A stretch of 64,000 nt of DNA from Paraphysomonas bandaiensis (Eukaryota; Protista; Chrysophyceae): the NCBI GenBank assembly GCA_965644295.1, contig CBFFRP010000138.1:124001-188000 (forward strand), written 5' to 3'. The position numbers and the translations under genes were made by a program. Below the pieces are notes generated by a model. It was not told the DNA's origin. It saw only the letters and a list, made by a program, of their open reading frames with translations, and did not search any database. Positions within the stretch are counted from its first letter, which is position 1. Each line of letters opens with the position of its first letter. Below are positions 1-11,887 of this stretch, one piece after another.

Positions 1-979
1 CAAGGGCCCTCGGCCCTCTAAAATTAATTTTTTTTCAGTTTTAGCCTCCTGAAGATTTTGATTTGTTATATTATTTCAGTTATTGTCTAAAGATTTCGAG
101 TTTTGAAAAAAGAAATGTGATTGGTTTTTAATTTTGACTTTTTGAAAACTTAGTACAAATTCATTAATAATTTTGTCATCAAGCAGGCGATTAATAATGC
201 ATGATTCTAATTCAGAAGAATCAGGGAGAAAAGATAGTTGTAATAGCGATGATCTCCCTACAACTTTTCAGCGGGAAGGTTTCAGATACACTATCAAGCA
301 GAGGAAGAGGCTTCAAGATGGTTCGGTATAATACATTCTCTATCAGTAAGCCACTGATCCTTATATTTAGGAAATTTGAAGGGTTATTATCGGTGCTCAA
401 AGCACCGGAAAGGAAGAACATGTGGCTGTCCAGCTAAATTGACAATTCTTGTTAACGAGCAAGCAGAAGAATCTGATGAAAAACTGATAATTTCAAAGAG
501 GAAAGAGGAGCACAAATGTGGTGCCGCCACCTTTATATTGCCTTCAGATTCACCAACATCTGATGATAATTCCAAGGAGAGGTCGTCGTTTTGTAAAGAT
601 GTATATGACACAAGTGGTGAAATGAAACAACTAATCGAATAGTTGTGAAGCAATGGCGTTGAAAGATGTTTCGAAGTCCTCCATTGCGATTGCAAATGAA
701 GTTGCGGAAACAACGCGAGCGAAATATAAGCAGCTCGGTGAGAAAATTGATATCTTTATTTTTGCTGTTTTCACTTCATTTTCTTTTGCTTATTTCGGTA
801 GGAATGCCATATAGATATCTCGAAACGTCAAAACACAAAGCTTTGGTGCATCAGTGTAGACGTTTAGAGTTCAATGCTTGTAGTTGTAGTGTGTGTTGTG
901 CGTGTTTTTAATTAAGAATTATTGTTATTATTGTTAGTTGTAGTAGAGGGCCAAATGCGGGCCAAAATTAAATTTTTCC
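1..979 (+). mobile_element. Degenerate Mutator (MULE)-like DNA transposon remnant, probably extending left of the window
   Basis: Broken ORF with a WRKY/GCM1-like Zn finger (YYRCSKHRKGRTCGCPAKL...HKC) plus stops and frameshifts. GGCCCTCTA near 12-20 is mirrored by TAGAGGGCC near 944-952. The element ends ...TTTTTCC abruptly against the repeated GTCTAAAAGCATC unit. Confidence 0.5.
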
Positions 980-1921
980 GTCTAAAAGCATCAACCTGAT
1001 TCTCAGTTTATAATTCTCGCCAAGAAGTACCGCGTATACAACCAGATCGCTAGCACCGATGTTACTATATATAATATATCTAACTTATAATCTCAGCATA
1101 GAGTGATAATCTTGTTCAGTTATGTAGTTATGTCATATTCTAACATAGTTGGCTCAGCTTCCATTTTTAATGCAATATAGACGTCAGCAAAATATAGTAG
1201 AAACAAATGGTTACATTTTAGTTTAGTAGGAATGTCGGTTAAATTTAGTAGGGACAAATACACTACCGTTCAAGAATATGCCACAGCCATCTGATACTGA
1301 ATATGATTTGAAGCTGTGGTACCCAGTCCTCTCACAGTTAGGGTCATGTCGTGGGCTTGACACAAACAAAACCACTTGCATCGATTGCGGCTACCAGCTA
1401 GATTCTCTCACACATATATATGGTACTTGACTGTACTCACGATTCTATTGCACAAGAAAGGCTTCAAGCCTTACGGGGCGAGACACTACTGCCTTGGATC
1501 ACCCCAGTACTAAAGACTCCCTCCAGTAAAAGCGTGGGACTCACCCCTCCCTCAGATTGAAAGATTCTGGACAGGCATCAAAACTCGAAGCAGTCTGGCT
1601 CATATCCACCTCAGCCTGACCTGCACACATCATTCTGTTGGTCTAAATACCCCATATTTCCAATTTCTTAGAGATTTAGACCATTAAAAGCGGCTTTTTT
1701 GACCACTTTCCAACCAAAGTCAATACTGTGTACTTCTGTCGTGTATTTTTTGTACCCACCTGCCATCAAGTACACTGTAGGTACATACATACGCATAGAC
1801 CGTATATGGTGACATGCAATCATACTGCTGTATGTTCAGGAGGGCAGTGTGTTGATGTATCCTCATATACGATTCGTAGTGTAGTTCTAGTCAGAGTGTA
1901 TGTATGTCAATCTGGTAGTGC

Positions 1922-3619
1922 ATGTATATGAGCCTCACACACCCTCAGCGTATTATCAGTGTTGACATGTCGAGTATAGCTGATCTTAATGATGATGTTC
2001 TTCGTCTGATCATCTCTATGATCCCACACTCAGCTCTCCTTCCTGTGATGATGACTTGTAAGAGACTTCACGATATGGCTGATAGCACGAGAGACAAGAG
2101 CAGAGAGAGACTTGAGTCACGTGCATCTCACTACTGTATGACCAACTCAATGGTCTCATGGGCTCTGTCTATGGGCTGCCCACACATGCTTATAATGAAT
2201 GGATGCGCACTATACGGCAGAATACAGCAGATGGAATTCCTCATAAGGCATCGTACACATACAGAGGACCCAACACACATATGGGATACAAAGACATACA
2301 ATATGGCTGCAAGGGGTGGACACTTGGATGTGCTGAGGTGGCTTCGTTCACAGAACCCTCCTTGTCCATGGGGTGCAGTCACTTGCCGCGAAGCTGCTAG
2401 GTGCGGACACTTGGATGTGTTGAAGTGGCTTCGTGCACAGGACCCTCCATGTCCATGGAATGCATTTACATGTGAAATGGCTGCTATGGGAGGACACTTT
2501 GATGTTCTGAAGTGGCTTCGTGCACAGGACCCTCCATGTCCATGGGATGCACGGACTTGTGATATGGCTGCTTTCGGTGGGCACCTGGATGTTCTGAAGT
2601 GGCTTCGTTCACAGGACCCTCCATGTCCATGGCGTAAACGGACTTGCTCCGAAGCTGCTAGGGGTGGTGACTTGGATGTTCTGAAGTGGCTTCGTTCACA
2701 GGACCCTCCATGTCCATGGGATGAAGACACTTGTGATAAGGCTGCTTTCGGTGGGCACCTGGATGTTCTGAAGTGGCTTCGTTCACAGGACCCTCCTTGT
2801 CCATGGGATACACGGACTTGCTGCGAAGCTGCTAGGGGTGGACACTTGGATGTTCTGAAGTGGCTTCGTTCACAGGACCCTCCATGTCCATGGGATGCAC
2901 AGACTTGTAGTATGGCTGCTATGGGAGGACATTTTGATATTCTGAAGTGGCTTCGTGTACAGGACCCTCCATGTCCATGGAATGCATTAACTTGTAGTAT
3001 GGCTGCTATGGGAGGACATTTTGATATTCTGAAGTGGCTTCGTTCACAGGACCCTCCATGTCCATGGGATGCAGACACTTGCCGCGAATCTTCTGTGGGT
3101 GGACACTTGGATGTTCTGAAGTGGCTTCGTTCACAGGACCCTCCATGTCCATGGGATGCACAGACTTGTAGTATGGCTGCTATGGGAGGACATTTTGATA
3201 TTCTGAAGTGGCTTCGTGTACAGGACCCTCCATGTCCATGGAATGCATTAACTTGTAGTATGGCTGCTATGGGAGGACATTTTGATATTCTGAAGTGGCT
3301 TCGTTCACAGGACCCTCCATGTCCATGGGATGCAGACACTTGCCGCGAATCTTCTGTGGGTGGACACTTGGATGTTCTGAAGTGGCTTCGTTCACAGGAC
3401 CCTCCATGTCCATGGGATACACGGATTTGTAATACGGCTGCTATGGGAGGACACCTGGATGTTTTGAAATGGCTGCGGTTACAGGACCCTCCATGTCCAT
3501 GGGATGAACGGATTTGTGATATGGCTGCTATGGGTGGACACTTGGATGTTCTGAAGTGGCTTCGTGCACAGGACCCTCCATGTCCATGGGATACACGGAC
3601 TTATGATTATGGCTTCTAG
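1922..3619 (+). CDS. F-box + ankyrin-type repeat protein, copy 1 (15 repeats of 29 aa)
   Basis: N-terminal DLNDDVLRLIISMIPHSALLPVMMTCKRLH (F-box). Repeats CPWDxxTCxxAAxGGHLDVLKWLRSQDPP. Intronless. Confidence 0.88.
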   Translation: MYMSLTHPQRIISVDMSSIADLNDDVLRLIISMIPHSALLPVMMTCKRLHDMADSTRDKSRERLESRASHYCMTNSMVSWALSMGCPHMLIMNGCALYGRIQQMEFLIRHRTHTEDPTHIWDTKTYNMAARGGHLDVLRWLRSQNPPCPWGAVTCREAARCGHLDVLKWLRAQDPPCPWNAFTCEMAAMGGHFDVLKWLRAQDPPCPWDARTCDMAAFGGHLDVLKWLRSQDPPCPWRKRTCSEAARGGDLDVLKWLRSQDPPCPWDEDTCDKAAFGGHLDVLKWLRSQDPPCPWDTRTCCEAARGGHLDVLKWLRSQDPPCPWDAQTCSMAAMGGHFDILKWLRVQDPPCPWNALTCSMAAMGGHFDILKWLRSQDPPCPWDADTCRESSVGGHLDVLKWLRSQDPPCPWDAQTCSMAAMGGHFDILKWLRVQDPPCPWNALTCSMAAMGGHFDILKWLRSQDPPCPWDADTCRESSVGGHLDVLKWLRSQDPPCPWDTRICNTAAMGGHLDVLKWLRLQDPPCPWDERICDMAAMGGHLDVLKWLRAQDPPCPWDTRTYDYGF

Positions 3620-5459
3620 TAGTGGACACTTGTATGTGCTGAACTTGCTTCTTGTAAAGGACCCTCCATGTCCATGGGATGCGCGGACTTGTATTATGAC
3701 TGCTATGGGTGGACTCTTGGGTGTTCTGAAGTGGCTTCGTTCACAGGACCCTCCTTGTCTATGGAGTATAGACACGTGGAATGTGGCTTCTAGTAGTGGA
3801 CATTTGGATGTGTTGAAGTGGCTTCGTTCACAGGACCCTCAATGTCGAATGTAGAAGCTTGCAATATGGTTACTAGAGGAGGTACATTCGCAACAGTAAG
3901 TAGTGGATTCTTCGTATCCGTAGTGGTACACACTGGTAGTATATGCTGGTCACATCGACTGGCTGCACCCCTATTATACCTTGTAGTATTTTTTATTCAC
4001 TGGTAGTTTAAACAGGTCACATCTATTGTCTGCACTCCTATTTATACTATAGTGTTTATAATATAATTAGGTATACTCTAAGATTATTTCATGAAATTAA
4101 AAAAATGATTTACGTTTTAGTATACAATATACCTCATACTATCCCTTAGAAGTACGATAGATACAAATACTGTATAGTAACAAAGACTGACGATTGTTAA
4201 CACCAAATTATGGCGAACCCCGGTTTGATAACCTTGGTAACGGCTCGCTATGCATCAACAGGTTGTATCACGAATAGCACACAACACACAAGTGTAGAAG
4301 CAATATATTATTAGTATTATTGTTTAGTCTAAAAGCATCAACCTGATTCTCAGTTTATAATTCTCGCCAAGGAGTACTGCGTATACAACCAGATTGCTAG
4401 CAGCAATGTTACTATATATACTATCTAACTTATAATCTCAGCATAGAGTAATAATCTTGTTCAGTTATGTAGTTATGTCATATTCTAACATAGTTGGCTC
4501 AGCTTCCATTTTTAATGCAATATAGACGTCAGCAAAATATAGTAGAAACAAATGGTTACATTTTAGTTTAGTAGGAATGTCGGTTAAATTTAGTAGGGAC
4601 AAATACACTACCGTTCAAGAATATGCCACAGCCATCTGGTACTGAATATGATTTGAAGCTGTGGTACCCAGTCCTCTCACAGTTAGGGTCATGTCGTGGG
4701 CTTGACACAAACAAGACCACTTGCATCGATTGCGGCTACCAGCTAGATTCTCTCACACATATATATGGTACTTGACTGTACTCACGATTCTATTGCACAA
4801 GAAAGGCTTCAAGCCTTACGGGGCGAGACACTACTGCCTTGGATCACTCCAGTTCTAATGGTTGAGGGATTTGAAACGACCCTCTTTATATTCTTTCACA
4901 AAATTACACTTTTGCACATTCGAGAAACTACTCAACGATAACTTGCTACCGTCTGCCTTCATCTGACATCGCTACATACAGCAGACGAACAGATGCAGTA
5001 TGTAAGTATATGTAATGATCAGTATCTTATTATTCGGGATCAAAGTGAAGGAAAATTACTCTATACAACTGCAGTATAACTACGGCTAAAATACAGATAA
5101 TTGTTATCTCAATACTAGAGGCATCTTGGAACAAAAATATACAAAGGATGCCGATACACATATAATTAATTGTATTTTTCTGTATATTGCCTATCAATTT
5201 TTTCACAACAATTAACCAAAAAAGGGATTTTTCTATTTAAAACTAGATTTTATGCAAAAATCCCCGTACCAAGCCAAAATTCATCCACTATAACGAGGAT
5301 ATCCACCATAATAACGCGAACTGCAGTGCAGTCTGTATATGATGCATCATACTGCTGTATGTTCAGGAGGGCAGTGTGTTGATGTATCCTCATATACGAT
5401 TCGTAGTATGGTATAGTTCTAGTCAGAGTGTATGGATGTCAATCTGGTAGTGTATGTAG

Positions 5460-7151
5460 ATGAGCCTCACACACCCTCAGCGTATTATCAGTGTTGACAT
5501 GTCGAGTGTATCTGATCTTAATGATGATGTTCTTCGTCTGATCATCTCTATGATCCCACACTCAGCTCTCCTTCCTGTGATGATGACTTGTAAGAGACTT
5601 CACGATATGGCTGATAGCACGAGAGACAAGAGCAGAGAGAGACTTGAGTCACGTGCATCTCACTACTGTATGACCAACTCAATGGTCTCATGGGCTCTGT
5701 CTATGGGCTGCCCACACCTCAAACTAATGAATACATGTGCACTATACGGCAGAATACAGCAGATGGAATTCCTCATAAGGCATCGTACACATACAGAGGA
5801 CCCAACACACATATGGGATACAAAGACATACAATATGGCTGCAAGAGGTGGACACTTGGATGTGCTGAAGTGGCTTCGTTCACAGGACCCTCCTTGTACA
5901 TGGGGTGAAGAAACTTGTGAAATAGCTGCTAGGGGCGGACACTTGGATGTGCTGAAGTGGCTTCGTGTACAGGACCCTCCATGTCCATGGGATGCACGGA
6001 CTTGTGATAGGGCTGCTAGGGGTGGGTACTTGGATGTTCTGAAGTGGCTTCGTGTACAGGACCCTCCATGTCCATGGCGTGAACGGACTTGTAATAGGGC
6101 TGCTAGGGGTGGACACCTGGATGTTCTGAAGTGGCTTCGTTCACAGGACCCTCCATGTCCATGGGATGAAGACTCTTGTGATAAGGCTGCTTTCGGTTGG
6201 CACCTGGATGTGCTTAAGTGGCTTCGTTCACAGAACCCTCCATGTCCATGGAATGCAGACACTTGCCGCGAAGCTGCTAGGGGTGGACACTTGGATGTGC
6301 TGAAGTGGCTTCGTTCACAGGACCCTCCATGTCCATGGGATGCAGGAACTTGTAGTATGGCTGCTATGGGAGGACATTTTGATATTCTGAAGTGGCTTCG
6401 TTCACACGACCCTCCATGTCCATGGAATGCATTAACTTGTAGTATGGCTGCTATGGGTGGTCACTTGGATATTCTGAAGTGGCTTCGTTCACCGGACCCA
6501 TCTTGTCCATGGGATGCAGACACTTGTAGTATGGCTGCTATGGGTGGGCACCTGGATGTTTTGAAGTGGCTTCGTTCACCGGACTCTCCTTGTCCATGGG
6601 ATGCAGAAACTTGCCGCGAAGCTGCTAGGGGTGGACACTTGGATGTGCTGAAGTGGCTTCGTTCACAGGACCCTCCATGTCCATGGGATGAAGAAACTTG
6701 TGATACGGCTGCTTTCGGTGGTCACTTGTATGTTCTGAAGTGGCTTCGTTCACAGGACCCTCCATGTCCATGGAATGCGCGGACTTGTGATATGGCTGCT
6801 CGTAGGGGACACTTGGATGTGCTGAAGTGGCTTCGTTCACAGGACCCTCCATGCCCATGGGATGCACGTTCTTGTGAAATGACGGCTCGTACTAGTCACT
6901 TGTATGTGCTGAAGTGGCTTCGTTCACAGGACCCTCCATGTCCATGGGATACACATTCTTGCCGCGAAGCTGCTCTGGGAAGACACTGGGATGTTCTGAA
7001 GTGGCTTCGTTCGCAGGACCCTCCATGTCCATGGGATGCGCAGATTTGTAGTATGGCTGCTCGTAGGGGTAACTTGGATGTTCTAAAGTGGCTTCGTTCA
7101 CAGGACCCTCCATGTCCATGGGATGTACGGATTTATCATCATGGCTACTAG
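5460..7151 (+). CDS. F-box + ankyrin-type repeat protein, copy 2 (15 repeats)
   Basis: Same architecture as copy 1 with a different set of variable residues. Confidence 0.88.
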   Translation: MSLTHPQRIISVDMSSVSDLNDDVLRLIISMIPHSALLPVMMTCKRLHDMADSTRDKSRERLESRASHYCMTNSMVSWALSMGCPHLKLMNTCALYGRIQQMEFLIRHRTHTEDPTHIWDTKTYNMAARGGHLDVLKWLRSQDPPCTWGEETCEIAARGGHLDVLKWLRVQDPPCPWDARTCDRAARGGYLDVLKWLRVQDPPCPWRERTCNRAARGGHLDVLKWLRSQDPPCPWDEDSCDKAAFGWHLDVLKWLRSQNPPCPWNADTCREAARGGHLDVLKWLRSQDPPCPWDAGTCSMAAMGGHFDILKWLRSHDPPCPWNALTCSMAAMGGHLDILKWLRSPDPSCPWDADTCSMAAMGGHLDVLKWLRSPDSPCPWDAETCREAARGGHLDVLKWLRSQDPPCPWDEETCDTAAFGGHLYVLKWLRSQDPPCPWNARTCDMAARRGHLDVLKWLRSQDPPCPWDARSCEMTARTSHLYVLKWLRSQDPPCPWDTHSCREAALGRHWDVLKWLRSQDPPCPWDAQICSMAARRGNLDVLKWLRSQDPPCPWDVRIYHHGY

Positions 7152-8742
7152 GGGCGGACACTTGGATATTCTGAAGTGGCTTCGTGTACAGGACCCTCCA
7201 TGTCCATGGAATGCATGGACTTATGATTTATGGCTGGTAGTAGTGGACACTTGTATGTGCTGAACTTGCTTCATTCACAGGACCCTCGTTGTTCATGGAG
7301 TGCAGAAACTTGCCGCGATGCTGCTATGGGTGGATACTTCGGTGTTCATTTGGATGTTCTAAAGTGGCTTCGTTTACAAGATCCTCAATGTCGAATATAG
7401 AATATTCTAACATGGTTGCTAGGGGAGGTATATCCACATCGGGAGGAGGGAGATTCTTCGAATCTGTAGTGGTACACACTGGTAGTATAAGCTGTTCACA
7501 TCTACTGGCTGCACCCCTAGTTAACCTTGTAGTATTTTTTATACACTGGTAGTTTAAACAGGTCGCATCTACTGTCTGCACTCCTATTTATTCTATAGTA
7601 TCACAAAATACCTCATACTATCCCTTAGAAGTACGATAGGTGCAAATACTAAATATGGTATAGTAACAAAGACTGACGATTGTTAACACCAAATTATGGC
7701 GAGTCCCGGTTTGATAACCTTGGTAACGGCTCGCTATGCATCAACAGGTTGTATCACGAATAGCACACAACACACAAGTGTAGAAACAATATATTATTAG
7801 TATTACTGTTTAGCCTTAAAGCATCAACCTGATGCTCAGTTTATAATTCTCGCCAAGAAGTACCGCGTATACAACCAGATCGCTAGCACCAATGTTACTA
7901 TATATACTATCTAACTTATAATCTCAGCATAGAGTGATAATCTTGTTCAGTTATGTCATATTCTAACATAGTTGGCTCAGCTTCCATTTTTAATGCAATA
8001 TGGACGTCAGCAAAATTTAGTAGAAACAAATGGTTACATTTTAGTTTAGTAGGAATGTCGGTTAAATTTAGTAGGGACAAATACACTACCGTTCAAGAAT
8101 ATGCCACAGCCATCTGATACTGAATATGATTTGAAGCTGTGGTACCCAGTCCTCTCACAGTTAGGGTCATGTCGTGGGCTTGACACAAACAAAACCACTT
8201 GCATCGATTGCGGCTACCAGCTAGATTCTCTCACACATATATATGGTACTTGACTGTACTCACGATTCTATTGCACAAGAAAGGCTTCAAGCCTTACGGG
8301 GCGAGACACTACTGCCTTGGATCACCCCAGTACTAAAGACTCCCTCCAGTAAAAGCGTGGGACTCACCCCTCCCTCAGATTGAAAGATTCTGGACAGGCA
8401 TCAAAACTCGAAGCAGTCTGGCTCATATCCACCTCAGCCTGACCTGCACACATCATTCTGTTGGTCTAAATACCCCATATTTCCAATTTCTTAGAGATTT
8501 AGACCATTAAAAGCGGCTTTTTTGACCACTTTCCAACCAAAGTCAATACTGTACTTCTGTCGTGTATTTTTTGTACCCACCTGCCATCAAGTACACTGTA
8601 GGTACATACATACGCATAGACCGTATATGGTGACATGCAATCATACTGCTGTATGTTCAGGAGGGCAGTGTGTTGATGTATCCTCATATACGATTCGTAG
8701 TGTAGTTCTAGTCAGAGTGTATGTATGTCAATCTGGTAGTGC

Positions 8743-10179
8743 ATGTATATGAGCCTCACACACCCTCAGCGTATTATCAGTGTTGACATGTCGAGTGTAT
8801 CTGATCTTAATGATGATGTTCTTCGTCTGATCATCTCTATGATCCCACACTCAGCTCTCCTTCCTGTGATGATGACTTGTAAGAGACTTCACGATATGGC
8901 TGATAGCACGAGAGACAAGAGCAGAGAGAGACTTGAGTCACGTGCATCTCACTACTGTATGACCAACTCAATGGTCTCATGGGCTCTGTCTATGGGCTGC
9001 CCACACATGCTTATAATGAATGGATGCGCACTATACGGCAGAATACAGCAGATGGAATTCCTCATAAGGCATCGTACACATACAGAGGACCCAACACACA
9101 TATGGGATACAAAGACATACAATATGGCTGCAAGGGGTGGACACTTGGATGTGCTGAGGTGGCTTCGTTCACAGAACCCTCCTTGTCCATGGGGTGCAGT
9201 CACTTGCCGCGAAGCTGCTAGGTGCGGACACTTGGATGTGTTGAAGTGGCTTCGTGCACAGGACCCTCCATGTCCATGGAATGCATTTACATGTGAAATG
9301 GCTGCTATGGGAGGACACTTTGATGTTCTGAAGTGGCTTCGTGCACAGGACCCTCCATGTCCATGGGATGCACGGACTTGTGATATGGCTGCTTTCGGTG
9401 GGCACCTGGATGTTCTGAAGTGGCTTCGTTCACAGGACCCTCCATGTCCATGGCGTAAACGGACTTGCTGCGAAGCTGCTAGGGGTGGTGACTTGGATGT
9501 TCTGAAGTGGCTTCGTTCACAGGACCCTCCATGTCCATGGGATGAAGACACTTGTGATAAGGCTGCTTTCGGTGGGCACCTGGATGTTCTGAAGTGGCTT
9601 CGTTCACAGGACCCTCCTTGTCCATTGGATACACGGACTTGCTGCGAAGCTGCTAGGGGTGGACACTTGGATGTTCTGAAGTGGCTTCGTTCACAGGACC
9701 CTCCATGTCCATGGGATGCACAGACTTGTAGTATGGCTGCTATGGGAGGACATTTTGATATTCTGAAGTGGCTTCGTGTACAGGACCCTCCATGTCCATG
9801 GAATGCATTAACTTGTAGTATGGCTGCTATGGGAGGACATTTTGATATTCTGAAGTGGCTTCGTTCACAGGACCCTCCATGTCCATGGGATGCAGACACT
9901 TGCCGCGAATCTTCTGTGGGTGGACACTTGGATGTTCTGAAGTGGCTTCGTTCACAGGACCCTCCATGTCCATGGGATACACGGATTTGTAATACGGCTG
10001 CTATGGGAGGACACCTGGATGTTTTGAAATGGCTGCGGTTACAGGACCCTCCATGTCCATGGGATGAACGGATTTGTGATATGGCTGCTATGGGTGGACA
10101 CTTGGATGTTCTGAAGTGGCTTCGTGCACAGGACCCTCCATGTCCATGGGATACACGGACTTATGATTATGGCTTCTAG
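8743..10179 (+). CDS. F-box + ankyrin-type repeat protein, copy 3 (12 repeats)
   Basis: Near-identical to copy 1 but lacks one 261-bp (3-repeat) block. Confidence 0.88.
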   Translation: MYMSLTHPQRIISVDMSSVSDLNDDVLRLIISMIPHSALLPVMMTCKRLHDMADSTRDKSRERLESRASHYCMTNSMVSWALSMGCPHMLIMNGCALYGRIQQMEFLIRHRTHTEDPTHIWDTKTYNMAARGGHLDVLRWLRSQNPPCPWGAVTCREAARCGHLDVLKWLRAQDPPCPWNAFTCEMAAMGGHFDVLKWLRAQDPPCPWDARTCDMAAFGGHLDVLKWLRSQDPPCPWRKRTCCEAARGGDLDVLKWLRSQDPPCPWDEDTCDKAAFGGHLDVLKWLRSQDPPCPLDTRTCCEAARGGHLDVLKWLRSQDPPCPWDAQTCSMAAMGGHFDILKWLRVQDPPCPWNALTCSMAAMGGHFDILKWLRSQDPPCPWDADTCRESSVGGHLDVLKWLRSQDPPCPWDTRICNTAAMGGHLDVLKWLRLQDPPCPWDERICDMAAMGGHLDVLKWLRAQDPPCPWDTRTYDYGF

Positions 10180-11887
10180 TAGTGGACACTTGTATGTGCT
10201 GAACTTGCTTCTTGTAAAGGACCCTCCATGTCCATGGGATGCGCGGACTTGTATTATGACTGCTATGGGTGGACTCTTGGGTGTTCTGAAGTGGCTTCGT
10301 TCACAGGACCCTCCTTGTCTATGGAGTATAGACACGTGGAATGTGGCTTCTAGTAGTGGACATTTGGATGTGTTGAAGTGGCTTCGTTCACAGGACCCTC
10401 AATGTCGAATGTAGAAGCTTGCAATATGGTTACTAGAGGAGGTACATTCGCAACAGTAAGTAGTGGATTCTTCGTATCCGTAGTGGTACACACTGGTAGT
10501 ATATGCTGGTCACATCGACTGGCTGCACCCCTATTATACCTTGTAGTATTTTTTATTCACTGGTAGTTTAAACAGGTCACATCTATTGTCTGCACTCCTA
10601 TTTATACTATAGTGTTTATAATATAATTAGGTATACTCTAAGATTATTTCATGAAATTAAAAAAATGATTTACGTTTTAGTATACAATATACCTCATACT
10701 ATCCCTTAGAAGTACGATAGATACAAATACTGTATAGTAACAAAGACTGACGATTGTTAACACCAAATTATGGCGAACCCCGGTTTGATAACCTTGGTAA
10801 CGGCTCGCTATGCATCAACAGGTTGTATCACGAATAGCACACAACACACAAGTGTAGAAGCAATATATTATTAGTATTATTGTTTAGTCTAAAAGCATCA
10901 ACCTGATTCTCAATTTATAATTCTCGCCAAGGAGTACTGCGTATACAACCAGATTGCTAGCAGCAATGTTACTATATATACTATCTAACTTATAATCTCA
11001 GCATAGAGTAATAATCTTGTTCAGTTATGTAGTTATGTCATATTCTAACATAGTTGGCTCAGCTTCCATTTTTAATGCAATATAGACGTCAGCAAAATAT
11101 AGTAGAAACAAATGGTTACATTTTAGTTTAGTAGGAATGTCGGTTAAATTTAGTAGGGACAAATACACTACCGTTCAAGAATATGCCACAGCCATCTGGT
11201 ACTGAATATGATTTGAAGCTGTGGTACCCAGTCCTCTCAGAGTTAGGGCCATGTCGTAGGCTTGACACAAACAAGACCACTTGCATCGATTGCGGCTACC
11301 AGCTAGATTCTCTCACACATATATATGGTACTTGACTGTACTCACGATTCTATTGCACAAGAAAGACTTCAAGCCTTACGGGGCGAGACACTACTGCCTT
11401 GGATCACTCCAGTTCTAATGGTTGAGGGATTTGAAATGACCCTCTTTATATTCTTTCACAAAATTACACTTTTGCACATTCGAGAAACTACTCAACGATA
11501 ACTTGCTACCGTCTGCCTTCATCTGACATCGCTACATACAGCAGACGAACAGATGCAGTATGTAAGTATATGTAATGATCAGTATCTTATTATTCGGGAT
11601 CAAAGTGAAGGAAAATTACTCTATACAACTGCAGTATAACTACGGCTAAAATACAGATAATTGTTATCTCAATACTAGAGGCATCTTGGAACAAAAATAT
11701 ACAAAGGATGCCGATACGCATATAATTAATTGTATTTTTCTGTATATTGCCTATCAATTTTTTCACAACAATCAACCAAAAAAGGGATTTTTCTATTTAA
11801 AACTAGATTTTATGCAAAAATCCCTGTACCAAGCCAAAATTCATCCACTATAACGAGGATATCCACCATAATAACGCGAACTGACTA

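Noticed and set aside
2131-3339. Long antisense ORFs over the ankyrin genes (also 5663-6262 and 8952-9899)
   Set aside because: Shadow frames of a stop-free 87-bp repeat.
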